A DNA stretch of 64,000 nucleotides. Source: Octopus sinensis (lineage: Eukaryota). Under the pieces are notes generated by a model that was not told the origin of the DNA, ran no database searches, and saw only the letters and a list, made by a program, of their open reading frames with translations. Position numbers and translations under genes: made by a program. Location of the stretch: positions 33,294,001 through 33,358,000 of the forward strand of contig NC_043006.1 in NCBI RefSeq assembly GCF_006345805.1. The letters run 5' to 3'. Positions 24,893 to 38,198 of this stretch are shown piece by piece; position 1 is the first letter of the stretch; each line of letters begins with the position of its first letter.

Positions 24893-25225
24893 GGCGCAGA
24901 AGTGGCTGTGCGGTAAGAAGCTTGCTTCTCAACCACATGGTTCCGGGTTCAGTTCCACTCGTTGTACTTTTGACAAGTGTCTTCTACTATAACCTTGGAC
25001 CGCCAAGACCTTGACAGTGGATTTAGTAGACGGAAACTGAAGAGGCTTGACAACCGGTGTTGGTGTGTTTATGTCCCCATAATTTAGTGGTTGTGCAAAA
25101 GAAGACCAATGGAATAAGTACCAGGCTTTAAAGAAAAAAGTCCTGGGGTTCGATACGTTCGACTAAAATCATTCAAGGTGGTGCCCCAGTATGACCGCAG
25201 TCTAATAACTGAAATAAATAAGAGA
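24893..25225 (+). mobile_element. SINE family A
   Basis: ggcgcagaagtggctgtgcggtaagaagc head and family-A body. Confidence 0.88.
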
Positions 25226-25509
25226 TAAAAAATAAACATCGGATCCTACCATTTCCTTCGGCCATGAAAACGAAGGGTTTTCAAACGAACGAGGAGGCTT
25301 CAATGTCAGGGGTTCCCAGCCAGGGATGCGAGAAGGCATTTCAGGGGTGCGATAAAGGTTTAACCACAAAGATACAGGGCTATGGAACCAAATCAGTTAA
25401 ATGGATGTTATCCACGGAAGTAACCATTGATTTCTGTAACGAAGAACCTTGTGTGAGCGTCAGTTTTACCTGAAATATTTGTCAGACGATGATTTTATAT
25501 TGAATTCAT

Positions 25510-25521
25510 AGTATGTATGTA

Positions 25522-25558
<37 letters not shown>

Positions 25559-25760
25559 GTGTGTGTGTATGTATGTATGTGTGTGTGTGTGTATGAGTGG
25601 GTGTATGTATGTATGTATGTATGTGTGTGGGTGTATGTATGTATGTGTGGGTGTATGTATGTATGTATGTGGATGTATGTATGTATGTATGTGTGTGTGG
25701 GTGTATGTATGTGTGTGGGTGTATGTATGTATGTATGTGTGGGTGTCTATGTATGCATAT
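25510..25760. repeat. (TG)n/(TATG)n microsatellite
   Basis: Visible array. Confidence 0.9.
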
Positions 25761-27090
25761 GGAGACGATTATCAACGTGTCCAATGGTTCGCTGGAACAA
25801 TTGCAGAAATCTCCACATGAAACAATGCTTGTGAATATTTGGAGATTTCAGAGGAAATTTGCATTGATTTGCCTTGAGTTTACTGAAAGCGAATAGAAAG
25901 CCTACACACACACACGCGCACGCACGCACGCACGCACGCAAACTGACATAAAGGGGTTATTTTGAAAGAATACTTTATTTCAATCTACCTGAAAAATGAA
26001 TCATTATATGGAACTGTTACCGGTATTTAGCCAGTGTTTTTACCCAAGAAAATATCTCACCGCTCACTCCACATCACGAAGATGGAACTACCTACTTTCT
26101 TTCAAAAATTCCCAAAATAATATCCGAATAGATCAAAGGAAAACGGAGGGCTTTGAAAGGATTAGCTTGAGTAATCAAATTGACATTCAGAATCCTAAAA
26201 TCACAAAAACGGAACCTGCTTCCAAAAAAAAAACCCAGAGCGATGTCCTAGAATATCAAACGACTACAGAGAACCAGGAAAGGATTAACTTAAATAATCA
26301 AGAAAAATTAATATTCCAGATTCTAAAGCTTTCGCTGGATTCTTTTCTGTTTTTCATTGTTGAATTTCTGTGGATCCCAAAATATATTCTAGAATAGAGA
26401 GACACCAAATCTCTATAGAATCTCTCGAACGTAAGAAACTGTCATTTTAATAATGACTTTTGTGAATTGCTTGTTTCTCTCGTTTCAAGAAATTATTGAA
26501 TTTTGCTGTAGCAAGATTTGAGGTGTAAATAAGAGACATTTCTTTAAAATCCTCTTTTATTCGTGCTTTCTTTGTTTTCTATCATTTTCAGTCAATTAAT
26601 TCAAACGGTTCGTAGGATGCACACATAATTCAATGGAGATAACAGAATAATATCTAGAACATTTTCAGTAGTTTTTGTTTTGTTTTCATAAATTGAAACC
26701 ACTTCAATTTATCAAAGTTCAGCTTGATATTGCTTTCTTGAAATGGCAGAATCCCATCTCGTTCGCAATAAAAATTACAATAGTTTATACATTTGCACAT
26801 AAAATATGGAATGCTTTGTATTCGTTCGGCAAAAATTGTTTTCCAACGGCAAATACGAAACCTTAAATTTGGATCCAGAACGGATCGTTTCGGATTTGAA
26901 ATTTGAACAATTTAACATTAAAATATCGTTTGAGAAAATTATAGTATCTGGTGCCATGTAACATTAAGGAGCAGCGTTTCGATTCTTGGATTTCCTCTAC
27001 TGAAAAAAACATTTATACACACACTCACACATACATAATGATATTGTAATGAAATTAAATCCATCAACGAAAGCAGACATATAAGCAGCT

Positions 27091-27428
<338 letters not shown>

Positions 27429-27443
27429 CAAAATAATAATAAT

Positions 27444-27997
27444 GCCCTGATGCAGTACCAGGCAGTGGCTCTCATGGCTGCTGATCTTAACCGATTGGAA
27501 GTGTTATCATGTACATTGTTTTGTCTTGGTATAAAAGATGGGCTACAGCAAATATTCTGCTCAATACCACAGATTTGCTTGTCAGTTGTTTGACTTTAAC
27601 CAGTTGACCATGTCCCTTAGTGGCAAACGATATGTGCATCTCTGATCACGAGCAGAAGTAGTGGGGAAGCATCATAGCCGTGTGTTTAAAGGAATTCTTA
27701 GAAGTTTGGATAATTCACCTTTGGAAACATGGGTGGTTCGTTCAACATCCTTAAACAATCCTTATTCAGGGACCGTTTGAGCGGGATGGGCTACTCAACC
27801 AGAAGAAAATTCTAACTGGGCCCCACCTGCAAGGTCATGCGCTGTTTATCTTGATATGAGATCACCATATCGCGCACATATGGCTGTGATGCATGTGCTT
27901 GGTGTACCCTTATCAGACGGGTAGTCATGTTGGGTATGCTGGGCTTCGTATATTTTACCCCAGTGTCACTTTGATTGCATGCACTGCTCTCCCATTC
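27444..27997 (+). mobile_element. 554-bp non-coding retroposon flanked on both sides by (AAT)n
   Basis: aataataataat|gccctgatgcagtacc ... ctctcccattc|(aat)9; a second partial copy lies at 19762-20066. Confidence 0.75.
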
Positions 27998-28069
27998 AAT
28001 AATAATAATAATAATAATAATAATGCTTAGCGTTATCATTATTATTATTTTTCTCTGCTTTCAATACTC

Positions 28070-29205
28070 CCTCGTTCCTGTCACTAGCAGAAGAGTAGCG
28101 GATATGTTGCAAAGGGTCACATGAATGCAAAGATCAATGAAGCCATAACCAAAGACTGAAAAAAAAAACGGTGAGAGAAGGGTTGAGATAAACCACCTGA
28201 AGGCATTTGACAGTGTTCCCTTTATGTGGACCATATAAGCATTAACCATGTGTAGGACAACGCCGATGATAAGTAAATGCATTAAACATATCATATATTA
28301 ATGGCAATTATTCAAATGCCCAAAATTGTGGGCATTTGTAAAAATTAACCCTAAAATCATGAGTAGGTTATTCGAAAGGGAGACCCTCTCTTCGCTCCTC
28401 CAATTGGCGCTAACAACTTCGATAAACATATACTCGGATGCAGACGGTAAAAGGTGACCTCGAGTTAAGTGCTGATGACAATGAAGAATTAGAAACGTTG
28501 CAGCAGACACTGAACGGGTTTATCAAAGAAATTGATATGAAATTTGGATTAACAAAGTGCACTAAGGAAACCTTCATGAGAGAGAGAAGAATAATTAAGA
28601 ACGCAAATATCTTGATAAATAGAGAAAGAGAAACAGGAGAATTATACTAAACACATACTTAAAAATACTTAGGATCCAATAAGCTAGACAAAGTAGAACA
28701 GAGTGAGAAGCAAATAAATCTTAAGAAGAAATATAATATTATAAACGCATTAGTTTAATACCTAAAACAGTTAAATGCAAAAAGCGAAAAGAAGAAACAG
28801 GCCTCAATGATTTAGTCGACTTAGTAATAAGTTTTAGCTATCAATGGACGCTATATAAATTGGCAACGAAGAGAAACAATAGCAATGGTTAGATTTAGAA
28901 CACACCACTCAACACGTGATGTAGAAAAAACTATGTTTATGACGAATATAGGGACATGTGAGTCTTTTGTAACTTGAAAAGTATTCGTAAATATTCACAT
29001 GGAAAGCTAAAATAAAATATTTGCAAAATATAAACGTGGGGTTTTTAGGGACAAACAGAATAAAAGTACTGCAAACTGAAGCAATCCTTAAACTATAATA
29101 ATAGGAGTCTTAGGAATAATTATAGGACATACAGATAAATATGTTACTCAGACCTCACAACTTGTGAATATGAATAACATATGAAAAAAATAATACTGTA
29201 AGACA
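28070..29205 (+). mobile_element. Highly decayed R4/Dong-like non-LTR retrotransposon (RT through C-terminus)
   Basis: CKDQ (28126), KAFDSVP (28200), DLELSADDNEELE.L...F..EI.MKFGLTKC (ORF 28438-28650) and IIIGVLGII (about 29095) follow the motif order I recall for R4/Dong-clade ORFs. Confidence 0.72.
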
Positions 29206-29214
29206 CTACACACG

Positions 29215-29568
29215 TACGTGGTCTGATCAATAAGTATCCGGACTGTTGCCATAGTAACGAAGTACGGAGAGTAAAACCGCTTGGCACAGATTGACCTTCA
29301 ACTCTGTTATGTATGTGCACTAAGTTCTAACGTTCTAGCTTACTTCAGCTGTTCACAGCAGTGCTTGGAAGGAAGGTGTGTAGCGTGTGATCGTTGTATT
29401 GACCATGAAAGAGAAAGTTGAGCAGAGAATTTGCATCAAATTTTGCCAAAAGCTTGGTGATACCTGCTCAGAAGCCTACGCAAAATTTTCTTTGCCAAGC
29501 AGTTTTACTCTGTGCTTTAGCTTTGTTACTATGGCAACAGTACGGATACTTATTGATCAGACCTCGTA
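29215..29568 (+). mobile_element. Mariner internal-deletion derivative (TIRs plus transposase N-terminus), TA TSD
   Basis: TIR tacgtggtctgatcaataagtatccggactgttgccatagtaac / gttactatggcaacagtacggatacttattgatcagacctcgta; ATG at 29405 gives MKEKVEQRICIKFCQKLGDTCSEAYAK, the typical mariner EQR..IKFC.KLG start. Confidence 0.9.
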
Positions 29569-30699
29569 ACGTGAAGCATTTTCAATACACTTGAAAATAC
29601 AAAACTAAAACAAGATTTCTGGATATACTCAAGGCACCAAAGTAGTGCAGTGGAAGTATTTAATCCAAATAAGACAACTGATTGAAGGTATCGAAATTGT
29701 GAGGATTTTTGGTCAGTAACTGACGAGGGACTGAGCGTGTCAAGGTCCATTGTATGTTTTTCCTCTCCCTGTTTCCTTGTCCTTCTGTGTTATATTTTAT
29801 TAATTGATTAATAATAATTTCTAATTAAGACCTAAGACCGAAAATTTTGGGAGGAGTTATTTGATTAAATCGATCCTAGTAATTGACTGGTGCTTTATTT
29901 TATCGACGGCGGGTGTATAAGGGACTAGATTTCAACCCACAATGAAAAAGACGGGAGTTACTGGTGCTGTAACATATTTGACCCCAGAAGGATTTGAAGA
30001 GTCAGAAGAAACATCACTGCATTTTCCGACTCTCGAACGATTCTGTCGATCCACCACCCACACCCAACAACAACAGCAATAACAGCACCCTTCATATTGC
30101 GTCTCTCTCTCTTCTCAACTCATTTGACACTTATAACATATAAGTTTGGTTGATTTGTTTTGTTTTTTCCTTTATTTTTATGTCTAATTTTCTCAAGATG
30201 TTGACCTTCAGCATCTCTCTGCAAGCACAACTGAGAAGGCTCTCTCTCTCACTCCCTCACTCTCTCTCTCTCTCTCTCTATTTATCTATATCTCCGTATA
30301 TGTGCGTGTGTGTAAGCAAACACCTCTCCCTTATGTAAACTTTCTGTTTTTGTTTACTCAGCTAATGGATGCAGATCCGTATTTTGTTCCCAGAACTTGT
30401 TTCCGATCAGAAAATTATTTATAAACAACAGCAGTAATTTTGGTAAATGGAGTAACAACGTCTGCAAAATTGTAATTTATAAAATAATATTTAAACACCT
30501 GGGTTTTCGAGCGGTGAAGTCTCTACAGATCCGCTAAATCAGATTTGTTATGAAGCGTACAAAACGAGAGCATTCTAAGAACTGAAACAGTATAAAAATC
30601 ACAAGCTATGCAATGTGAACAGCGAAGCAAGGCAAAATTTTGCTTCCGACAAAGTCTCTACGGTTAATACTGTTAAAATGGTTAACTGTGAGAGGAACT

Positions 30700-31200
30700 G
30701 TCTTCATTAACACTGGCATGTTCACCACTTTCACAGGAATGTTCTTGTGAATACACACTCGTAATCACGATGAACAGAATTGTCTATCATTACTCTATCG
30801 TTCCTCTTAGGACCGCTGTATCTAAAACAATCGTTTAACAATAAACATCTGATGGTTCGTAAACAATAGCTATTCATCCTGTTCCACTTTTTAGCCATCT
30901 TGTAAGACCATTCACTCAGGCCATACTCAACATCCTTCTCAAGTGGTGTTTAGAGTATTTGCTGAGGGTTAAGCAAGATAGGAATGTATCTTGTCCGGCA
31001 TATAATTCCTTTCGCTTACCAGACAGACGGTAGCTGCCTGCCTTTCTCCACCAAAGAAAGACAAGATTATCTCCACGTTAGACTCGAACAAAACATCCGG
31101 ATCCCTTCTGCTCGTAGTCATAGACCTCGGAGACGATTCCTCAATTTAGGAATGTTCAGACTCCACCAAATGAGTACGTTCAGAGTGTTTCGTCGATTTT
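30700..31200 (+). mobile_element. Possible heavily eroded RTE-like LINE 3' fragment
   Basis: Only vague motif remnants after the RT region; many stops. Confidence 0.35.
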
Positions 31201-31458
31201 ATAATAAAATTGATTTCTGACTTTGGCACAAAGCTACAAATTTGGAGAATCGCCTTGATCAATTTCAATGCTTGATCTGAACGCTGTTTAAAGGCAGCCA
31301 ACTCTGATCCAACTGAATTATCAATACAAATTGATCACTTCATTTCTTTATATACCTTGTACTAACGGGATACAGTTGAGCTTAGTAACCCAGAGAGGAG
31401 TGAATGCCAACGCACTTGACTAAACCCGTTACACACAAGCCAGCAAAGAAGCTTCTAT

Positions 31459-31625
31459 ATGGTCACTCGACTTGCTTGAAATGACAGTCAAATCTTTCTA
31501 TACTGTCTTAAAACAGAAGGTATGCATTGTATAGAGTAATTCTAGGTAAAAGATGAGATGGCCACGGTCAAAAAGCCTCTCATCAGATGTCTGTTCGACT
31601 ATTAGCAGTTTTAACAACAAAATGA
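31459..31625 (+). mobile_element. Interspersed repeat family E (CAA-tailed)
   Basis: tggtcactcgacttgc..gaaat..cag.caaatct...aagatgagatgg.cacgg...aacaacaa; also at 32050-32800 (interrupted) and 57305-57485. Confidence 0.7.
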
Positions 31626-32194
31626 ACGCAATGTCGAAAAGGCCATCATTGCTGACCGAAGACTAAAAGAAATTTGGTTTCATACCTACCTAAGGAGAAA
31701 ATCATTCTTGTTTTCGCTGGAACTGTTTTTGTCATGGCACGACCAAGGGTCTAGGAGGACTTGAACTCAAACTTGTTACCAGTTCGAATATGCTTGATGC
31801 TTATTCGAGCTCATACGGAAACCATTCGCTGTATTTTATCATGGAGAAAAGTTCTCACTGAAGACAGACAGGTGTACTTGAACTCAATACTGTAGGCTAA
31901 AGAAACACTCGTTAATTCCACAGTGATGTCACCACATGCAATAGTTTTGTACTCTGCTGTAATGTGATGCCTTCTTCCGGTTAAATGCATGAAGTCAAGG
32001 GTCTCGTAGCTATCAGATGTTACACGAAATAACAAGTGGAGATGCTGCTCAAGTGGTCACTGGACCTGCAAGAAGTAGCAGCAAAATTTTCCTCAAACCA
32101 GAGCCACCAGTCTTTTAAAAAATTGTATATATTGTATAATGTCGTCTGAAATACAATATGCCTAAAGAAAATAGCTTAGCTATAGTTGAAAATA

Positions 32195-32743
32195 CAGGGT
32201 TATTCAAAAAGAATGAACTGATTTCATTACGCAATATTTTGATTAGAAAAAGCAATAGAAAACTCCAGCTAAGTCACAAGTATTTACTCACAATCAACTT
32301 TTATTTTCTGTCTTACAAGTGTTCAATGTGGCCACCGTTTGCAGCACGGGCAACATCAATGCGATAAGGGAATTCCTCCCTGATGCGTATCAGCATATCA
32401 CGATCCACTGAGTACTTCTTTGGCTGTCTGGTTGAATGCTTTATCGAAGTTTCTCCATTTCCTCTCTATGTCAATATCTTCTGGAATCGCCTCAACCAAA
32501 GCAAATTTATTTTTTAGTTCCATAATGAACTTGCTTTTGATATGTTGATACGTGTCTGGGAAGAATTCTCTTATCACATTGATGTTGCCCGTGCTGCAGG
32601 TGGTGGCCACATTGAACACTTGTAAGACAAGAAATAAAAGTTGATTGTGAGTAAATACTTGTGACACAGCTGGAGTTTTCTATTGCTTTTCCTTATCAAA
32701 ATATTACGTAATGAAATCGGTTCATTCTTTTAGAATAACCCTG
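32195..32743. mobile_element. Fold-back element made of two inverted 3' ends of a DD37D (maT-like) Tc1/mariner around an RTE-like fragment
   Basis: Arms 32195-32400 and 32538-32743 are reverse complements starting CAGGGTTATTC after TA; the right arm reads DMLIRVWEEFSYHIDVARAAGGGHIEHL*; the spacer reads (minus) SKFIMELKNKFALVEA...KWRNFDKAFNQTAKEVL. Confidence 0.85.
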
Positions 32744-33039
32744 CTTTATAATTATAGGTGTACTCGATCAGAACCAACTTGAAGTTAAACAACAACCACA
32801 AGGTATATATTTGTAGTTAAGGTGCTAGTGTACCATCAGATAACATGGGACATACAGCTTCTCACGAAAACTGTACCATCTATCAGTCAACAGGTGAAGT
32901 GACCCCCGTTGCTCGACCTGTTGTTATTTCGAACAAAGATCAACCTAGGTGACGGTGTGACCATTTCACGGGACTTGCTCAATCATGAATTGCGCTACCA
33001 ATCGCGAATAGACTAAACGCATGCTATTTTCTTCCCATG

Positions 33040-33990
33040 CAACAAGACAAGGTTCCAAGTGAAGATGGTCCACCAGCCGAGATCTTCGAAAGCTATTCCA
33101 ACGTTTGGTCTCCTTGGTTGCACCATGTAAACACTGGATTCTAGGATTCGTAAGTTCTCTTACAAGACCAGACCGATGCAGTTCGCCTTTTATTCATGAG
33201 GGAGGAAAAGTGTGCTTTTGGAGTAACCCTGAGGCATTAGTTTGATAGATATTGCGGCCAAAATATTCCCTGTCCTTCAACTGTGTATATTTAAGAACAA
33301 GTGCGATCAAGTCGCATCGTTAAATCAGTTTCGAAATTTCACTGTCACTCATCTCGAATAAGATGACGATCAAGTAATAATTGATAACAACTTCGCAGAT
33401 TTTCCCCTCAGCTGTTGAACATTTCAATTCGCGACGCATGTTGGTGACTGAGATAAAGGTTGTAGGTGTTGATGAAAGTAAATTTGTCATATTCACTGAG
33501 ATTTAGGAAGAAATCGACTCGATTCACACACTTCTGTGCTACCTTTGCTGCCACAGGTCAAGGTGAAGACAAATTGGACATCCGCATCAACAATGTGCGC
33601 GGCACATTCTTTCATCTTCAGAACTAGGTTTGAAATTCGTGTAACCCCACCCCACCCCCAAATTTGTTTTGTGCTAGCGGTGACACATGGTCAATAAGAA
33701 CGGTGGACTTATAGAAACTGGAAGTGTTGACTACTTTCGTCTTCACCAAATCCTCCGCGTTTGTCATCGTTGCCAGATCGATTCCCTTCGACCACTTTGT
33801 CTCAAAACGTATCTCCTCTACTTTCGTTACGCACTTCGTTGTCCAATGGATCGAACTCGTGGGCAATGTCGTCAGATTCTGAGCCCCTCTCGGGACGGTG
33901 TAAACGGAAAGTTGGGGAGTGAAAACAGGAATCAGTACATCGAATCGGATCATAAACGGATATCTAGGAATCACAACTGGAGATGATCTA
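33040..33990 (+). mobile_element. Decayed RTE-like LINE remnant
   Basis: KVPSEDGPPAEIF and GISLIDIAAKIF at about 33045-33270; eroded C-terminal motifs to about 33990. Confidence 0.55.
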
Positions 33991-35399
33991 CTGGTCAAAA
34001 GTCTGTAATCGCCGAGAATGTTTTTTTTTCTGGGTTTTTTTTTTTTTGCTTTTTTTTTTCAAGATATGGATTCAAAGGGTGGGAGTGGGGGTCGCAAGTC
34101 ATCCCGAGTGACAACCAACACAATTCCATTCAATGATGAACGGTAAAATATTTATTAATGACTTCCAGTCAATAATCTTGGGTAGCTTCCATCTTTCAAT
34201 GTACAGCAACAAACTTGCCTGAAAATTTCATCATTAAAAAGAAATCGCTGAGAAGCAACCTTCTCCACGTTACCATCGAAGTGCTTTGCTTCCTGTAGCC
34301 GTCTCTGAATAATAATGAAATGAACATTTAAAATATTTCCGGGGCCGTAGTTGCCTTGTATGTAATTTGATCAGAGACAAAGTGATGAAACTGAAACAAT
34401 TCCAGCATAAAAGACACGTGTTAGCCCTTCAAACAAAGACTATTGACTTCACCTTAATATTTATCATTTGGAGTCAAAATTTTCGTCGCACCAACCGCAA
34501 CCAGTTCACTTACACGGTTCCACTGCATATGTTGTAGACTTTCTTCCATTCTCGTTATAAATCCTTTTTCCTTAGCAGTGCTGTCGGAAGAGATTTCCGT
34601 GCTTATGGTTCACTTCTCATTTTTCGTGATGATTAGTCTGGTAATGCAACCTTTACAGGATTAACATTTCTTGGAGATTGCTCGTGTATACAAATCGAAT
34701 GTTCTCGTTAACAAAAGTGCCTGGATACAAATTGTAGTTCAGTCAATTTACAACGAAAAGTTCTTTATAAAACTTCAATTGGTTGCTCAAATAAGTATTC
34801 AGATATTTCGTTTTGTCTTCGTTTAATAGCTTCTTTTCCTGCAATTTTGCGTAGACAAGCATGCAGTCTTTATGAGGTTTTTTGCCAATCTGTTAAACAA
34901 TAAGTTCGGAAACCATTAAAAAAGACTTTTGTGTTTTAATCTGTGTGGCATTAACGATCACAAAGAAATCAAGTAATCTTATTCGTCTCTGGATTTGCCA
35001 ACGTAAGCAGGTTACATAAAATGTGTCAGTCTTCATCGATTCGTTTAATTAATCTCGTTCTACATTTAATAAAAACGGTTTCTCCTTCACAGACACGTTC
35101 GAAGCCAAGCATTATCACCGATTTTGATATATCACCACCATTAATTCCTTCTTTCAACACGCTCACCATCTTTGCAGAACAGATGTATCAAACAACCAGC
35201 GACAGAGTCAAATAGATCGTAATCGATATCTTTTAACTTCTATTTGTTTCAGTCTATCGACCGCGGACCCAGTATTTATTGTATCTGTTGTTTTCGCTGA
35301 ACTACAAAGTTACGGGAACGTAAGAAAAAAACACCACCAGCCGTCAAGCGGCGGACTAAGACTCACACACACATTCGGATGTTGCATATTAATCAATGA

Positions 35400-35810
35400 C
35401 TTTTCAGTTTACGGAGTCACCGATATCCTAACTATTGCACAATCTTTGTCAGAATCAACAATTGAAGAATTAACAATTGGAGAATTCACATTTAAATTCA
35501 ATACCTGGAGTACTGATATGTTCCAACATATCCTCTTCTCTATTGACAATCAATACATGCCGGTTGGCGCATTACTCTTACATTATTCTTATTCTAGAAA
35601 AAGTGTTTCGATTCATTGTGGTGAATAGCACAAATGTTATCAACCAAGTTCGGCGTGATTGAATACAAAAGTTTGATGGTGTGTTTATTGGAAATCTTCC
35701 TGTATTTGCAAGAGGGACAGAAATTATTCTCGAAAGGTTTCAAAATTTTTTTTACAATTTGTGTTATCAAGTTTACTGTATAAGGAGGATTATACCACAA
35801 TATCTCTTCC
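35400..35810 (-). mobile_element. Penelope-like element remnant (WFNPP/Naiad-like linker region)
   Basis: ORF 35594-35800: WYNPPYTVNLITQIVKKIL...FCPSCKYRKISNKHTIKLLYSITPNL...IHHN, matching WFNPPY...FP..H..HKIFN..T.K.SYSC.PN as I recall it. Confidence 0.75.
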
Positions 35811-35875
35811 TCTTACGCTGCCGACCGTTACCATTCTATATGTACAAGCGCACATGTGTGTCTGCGTGATATAAA

Positions 35876-36191
35876 ATTGAAGTAAAGATTGTTTGCCAAC
35901 ATAACATGGCAGTCCTGGTTTAGGACAAATGTTGCTGTAATTTAGCCCCAGGAGACATCGTCTCCAGGTGGCTATACGACACGATCTGTGTCCTTATGTT
36001 TTCGAACAAGGGAATCTAGCACCCCCACTCAGCTCAAAACAATATCTGTGTATCGCGATTTCAGGGTTATTAAGGACACAGATCGTGTCGTATAGCCAGC
36101 TGGAGACGATATCCCCTGGGGCTAAATTACAGCAACATTCGTCATAAACCAGGACTGCCATGTTATGTTGGCAAACAATCTTTACTCCAAT
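35876..36191. mobile_element. ~316-bp MITE-like inverted repeat (about 121-bp arms)
   Basis: 35876-35996 vs 36071-36191, few mismatches; TSD not clearly identified. Confidence 0.8.
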
Positions 36192-37029
36192 GTTGCTGGA
36201 TATCTCTCGTTGTGAGATTTTTTTTAAATAGTAATTATAAAATTGAAGTTTATCACAGTGGGTATGCCACTAAACCATATGTCAAACTCGCAGAAAACTC
36301 TTGAGGCACGCCTCGCGTAACATCTTTACACAATACGAAACAGTAGTATGAATAATTCTACGTCGCTAAAGATGTCTGTCTGGTAACTGAAGGAAAACAG
36401 TATCAATAACTCAACTGTTAAGTGGAATATTGTAGCAAAAGCTAACGGACGGAGTACAAAACGCAATACGAGCGTCACCATAAAATTGAATATTGTGACT
36501 GCAACTGTCGTCCTGAATTCAAGAGAAGGAAACACTTTGCGTTTGCATTTGCGTGAGAAAGTTCAACGTGCAAGTATTCGAGCATTTTACCCGCCACCAG
36601 GATAGCTGAGAATCTGGACTTGTGGTCAGAGGAGTGCCTGAACCCACCAACCCATTATAATCGGCAGCAATACTTACTCACCACTGTCACTATCATCAGC
36701 AGTGGCAATGTGGTTATCATCCTAAGTATCACTTCTGGAACCGTCGTACGTTGTATACACACTCGACATTACCATGGCCTATTTTTCTTTCCATATATCT
36801 ATCGACAGCATCCTACACATCATCATCGTCGTTTAACGTCCGTTCTCCATGCTAGCATGGGTTGGACATGATAGCATTAATTATACTCGCACCTCTTTTA
36901 CTATCATTGCCATCTTTTATGTAGATCGTTCTCAGTTTTGTCTGTTTTTTGTTTTTTTCCTTATATATTCTATTATATCCATTGATTACCATCATCGGTA
37001 TCCGTTCTTTTAATCTTTACACTTTCACC

Positions 37030-37335
37030 ATCCCCACCGAGGTCAGCTTAACTGTTCATTCTTTTGAAGTCAATAAAATAAAGTACCAGTTGAGTACTGA
37101 GGTCATTGTAGTCGACTGAGTCCCCTCCCCAAAATTTCAAACCTTGTGTCTTTAGTAGAAAGGATTATTATTATTTAAGGCGGAGAGCTGGCAGAATCGT
37201 TAGCGCGCCGGGCAAGATGTTTAGCGGTATTTCGTTCTGAGTTCAAATTCCACCGAGGTCGACTTTGCCTTTCATAATTTCGGAGTCGATAAATTAAGTA
37301 CCAGTGAAACACTGGGGGATGATTTACTCGACTTA
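37030..37335 (+). mobile_element. Two tandem SINE family B copies
   Basis: Partial copy 37030-37165, then ggcggagagctggcagaatcg... at 37179-37335. Confidence 0.82.
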
Positions 37336-37840
37336 CCACCACGACCCCACACACATACCTATTATCACTATTTCTGCCATTATTACTTTCCTTCAAAATA
37401 ATCTTAATCTTCTTTATTTATCTTTTTCTTGCTTTCATTCTATTCCTATCTGCAAATCTAATCTTGATCATTCTCATCATCTTCATTCTCTTCTCACTAT
37501 TTACACTTATTCAATCATTTATTCACCCATGTCAGTTATTTTTAGTTTTTGCTTATTTTTTTTGTGCTTTGCTTTCACATTTCTTATAATTTTTATCAAT
37601 ATTTCTTCAATATTAAATATTCTCACCAGCATTCCCAAGAGTATTCTATCTTCTAAGTTCATCAGTGCTGCCCTCATTATCTTCATCATTACCAACCAAT
37701 TTTATCTTTAACCTTTCACTTACTGGCCATCACCGCTAAATAACCAACCCACCCACCTTTATTCTACTTATCCACCCCAATCTCTTACTTCGTCACTTTT
37801 CCTTGTTCCTTCTACTCATTTTCAGTTGTCATTTATTACA

Positions 37841-38198
37841 GGCGCAGGCGTGTGGTAAGAAGCTGACTTCCAAACCACATGGTTCCAGGTTCAACCCCAC
37901 TGCATGGCACCTTGGGTAAGTGTCTTTTACTATAGCCTTAGGCCAACCAAAGCCTGGTGGATGGATTTACTAGACGGAAAATGAAAAAAGCTCGTTATAT
38001 CTGTGTTTGTCTGTCCCACCACTGCTTGGCAACCGGTGTTGGTGTCTTACCCCCCCCCCCACCAGTAACTTAACAGTTTGGCAAAAGAGACGGACAGAAT
38101 AAGTACCAGGTTTTAAAATAAGTATACGGGGGTCAATTCATTCAACTAAAAGCTATTCAAGGCAGTGCTCCAGTATGACCGTAGTCTAATGACTGCAA
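37841..38198 (+). mobile_element. SINE family A
   Basis: ggcgcaggcgtgtggtaagaagc head and family-A body. Confidence 0.88.

Noticed and set aside
34000-35200. Possible DNA-transposon coding remnant (THAP- or hAT-like words)
   Set aside because: Motifs are too eroded to support any family call.
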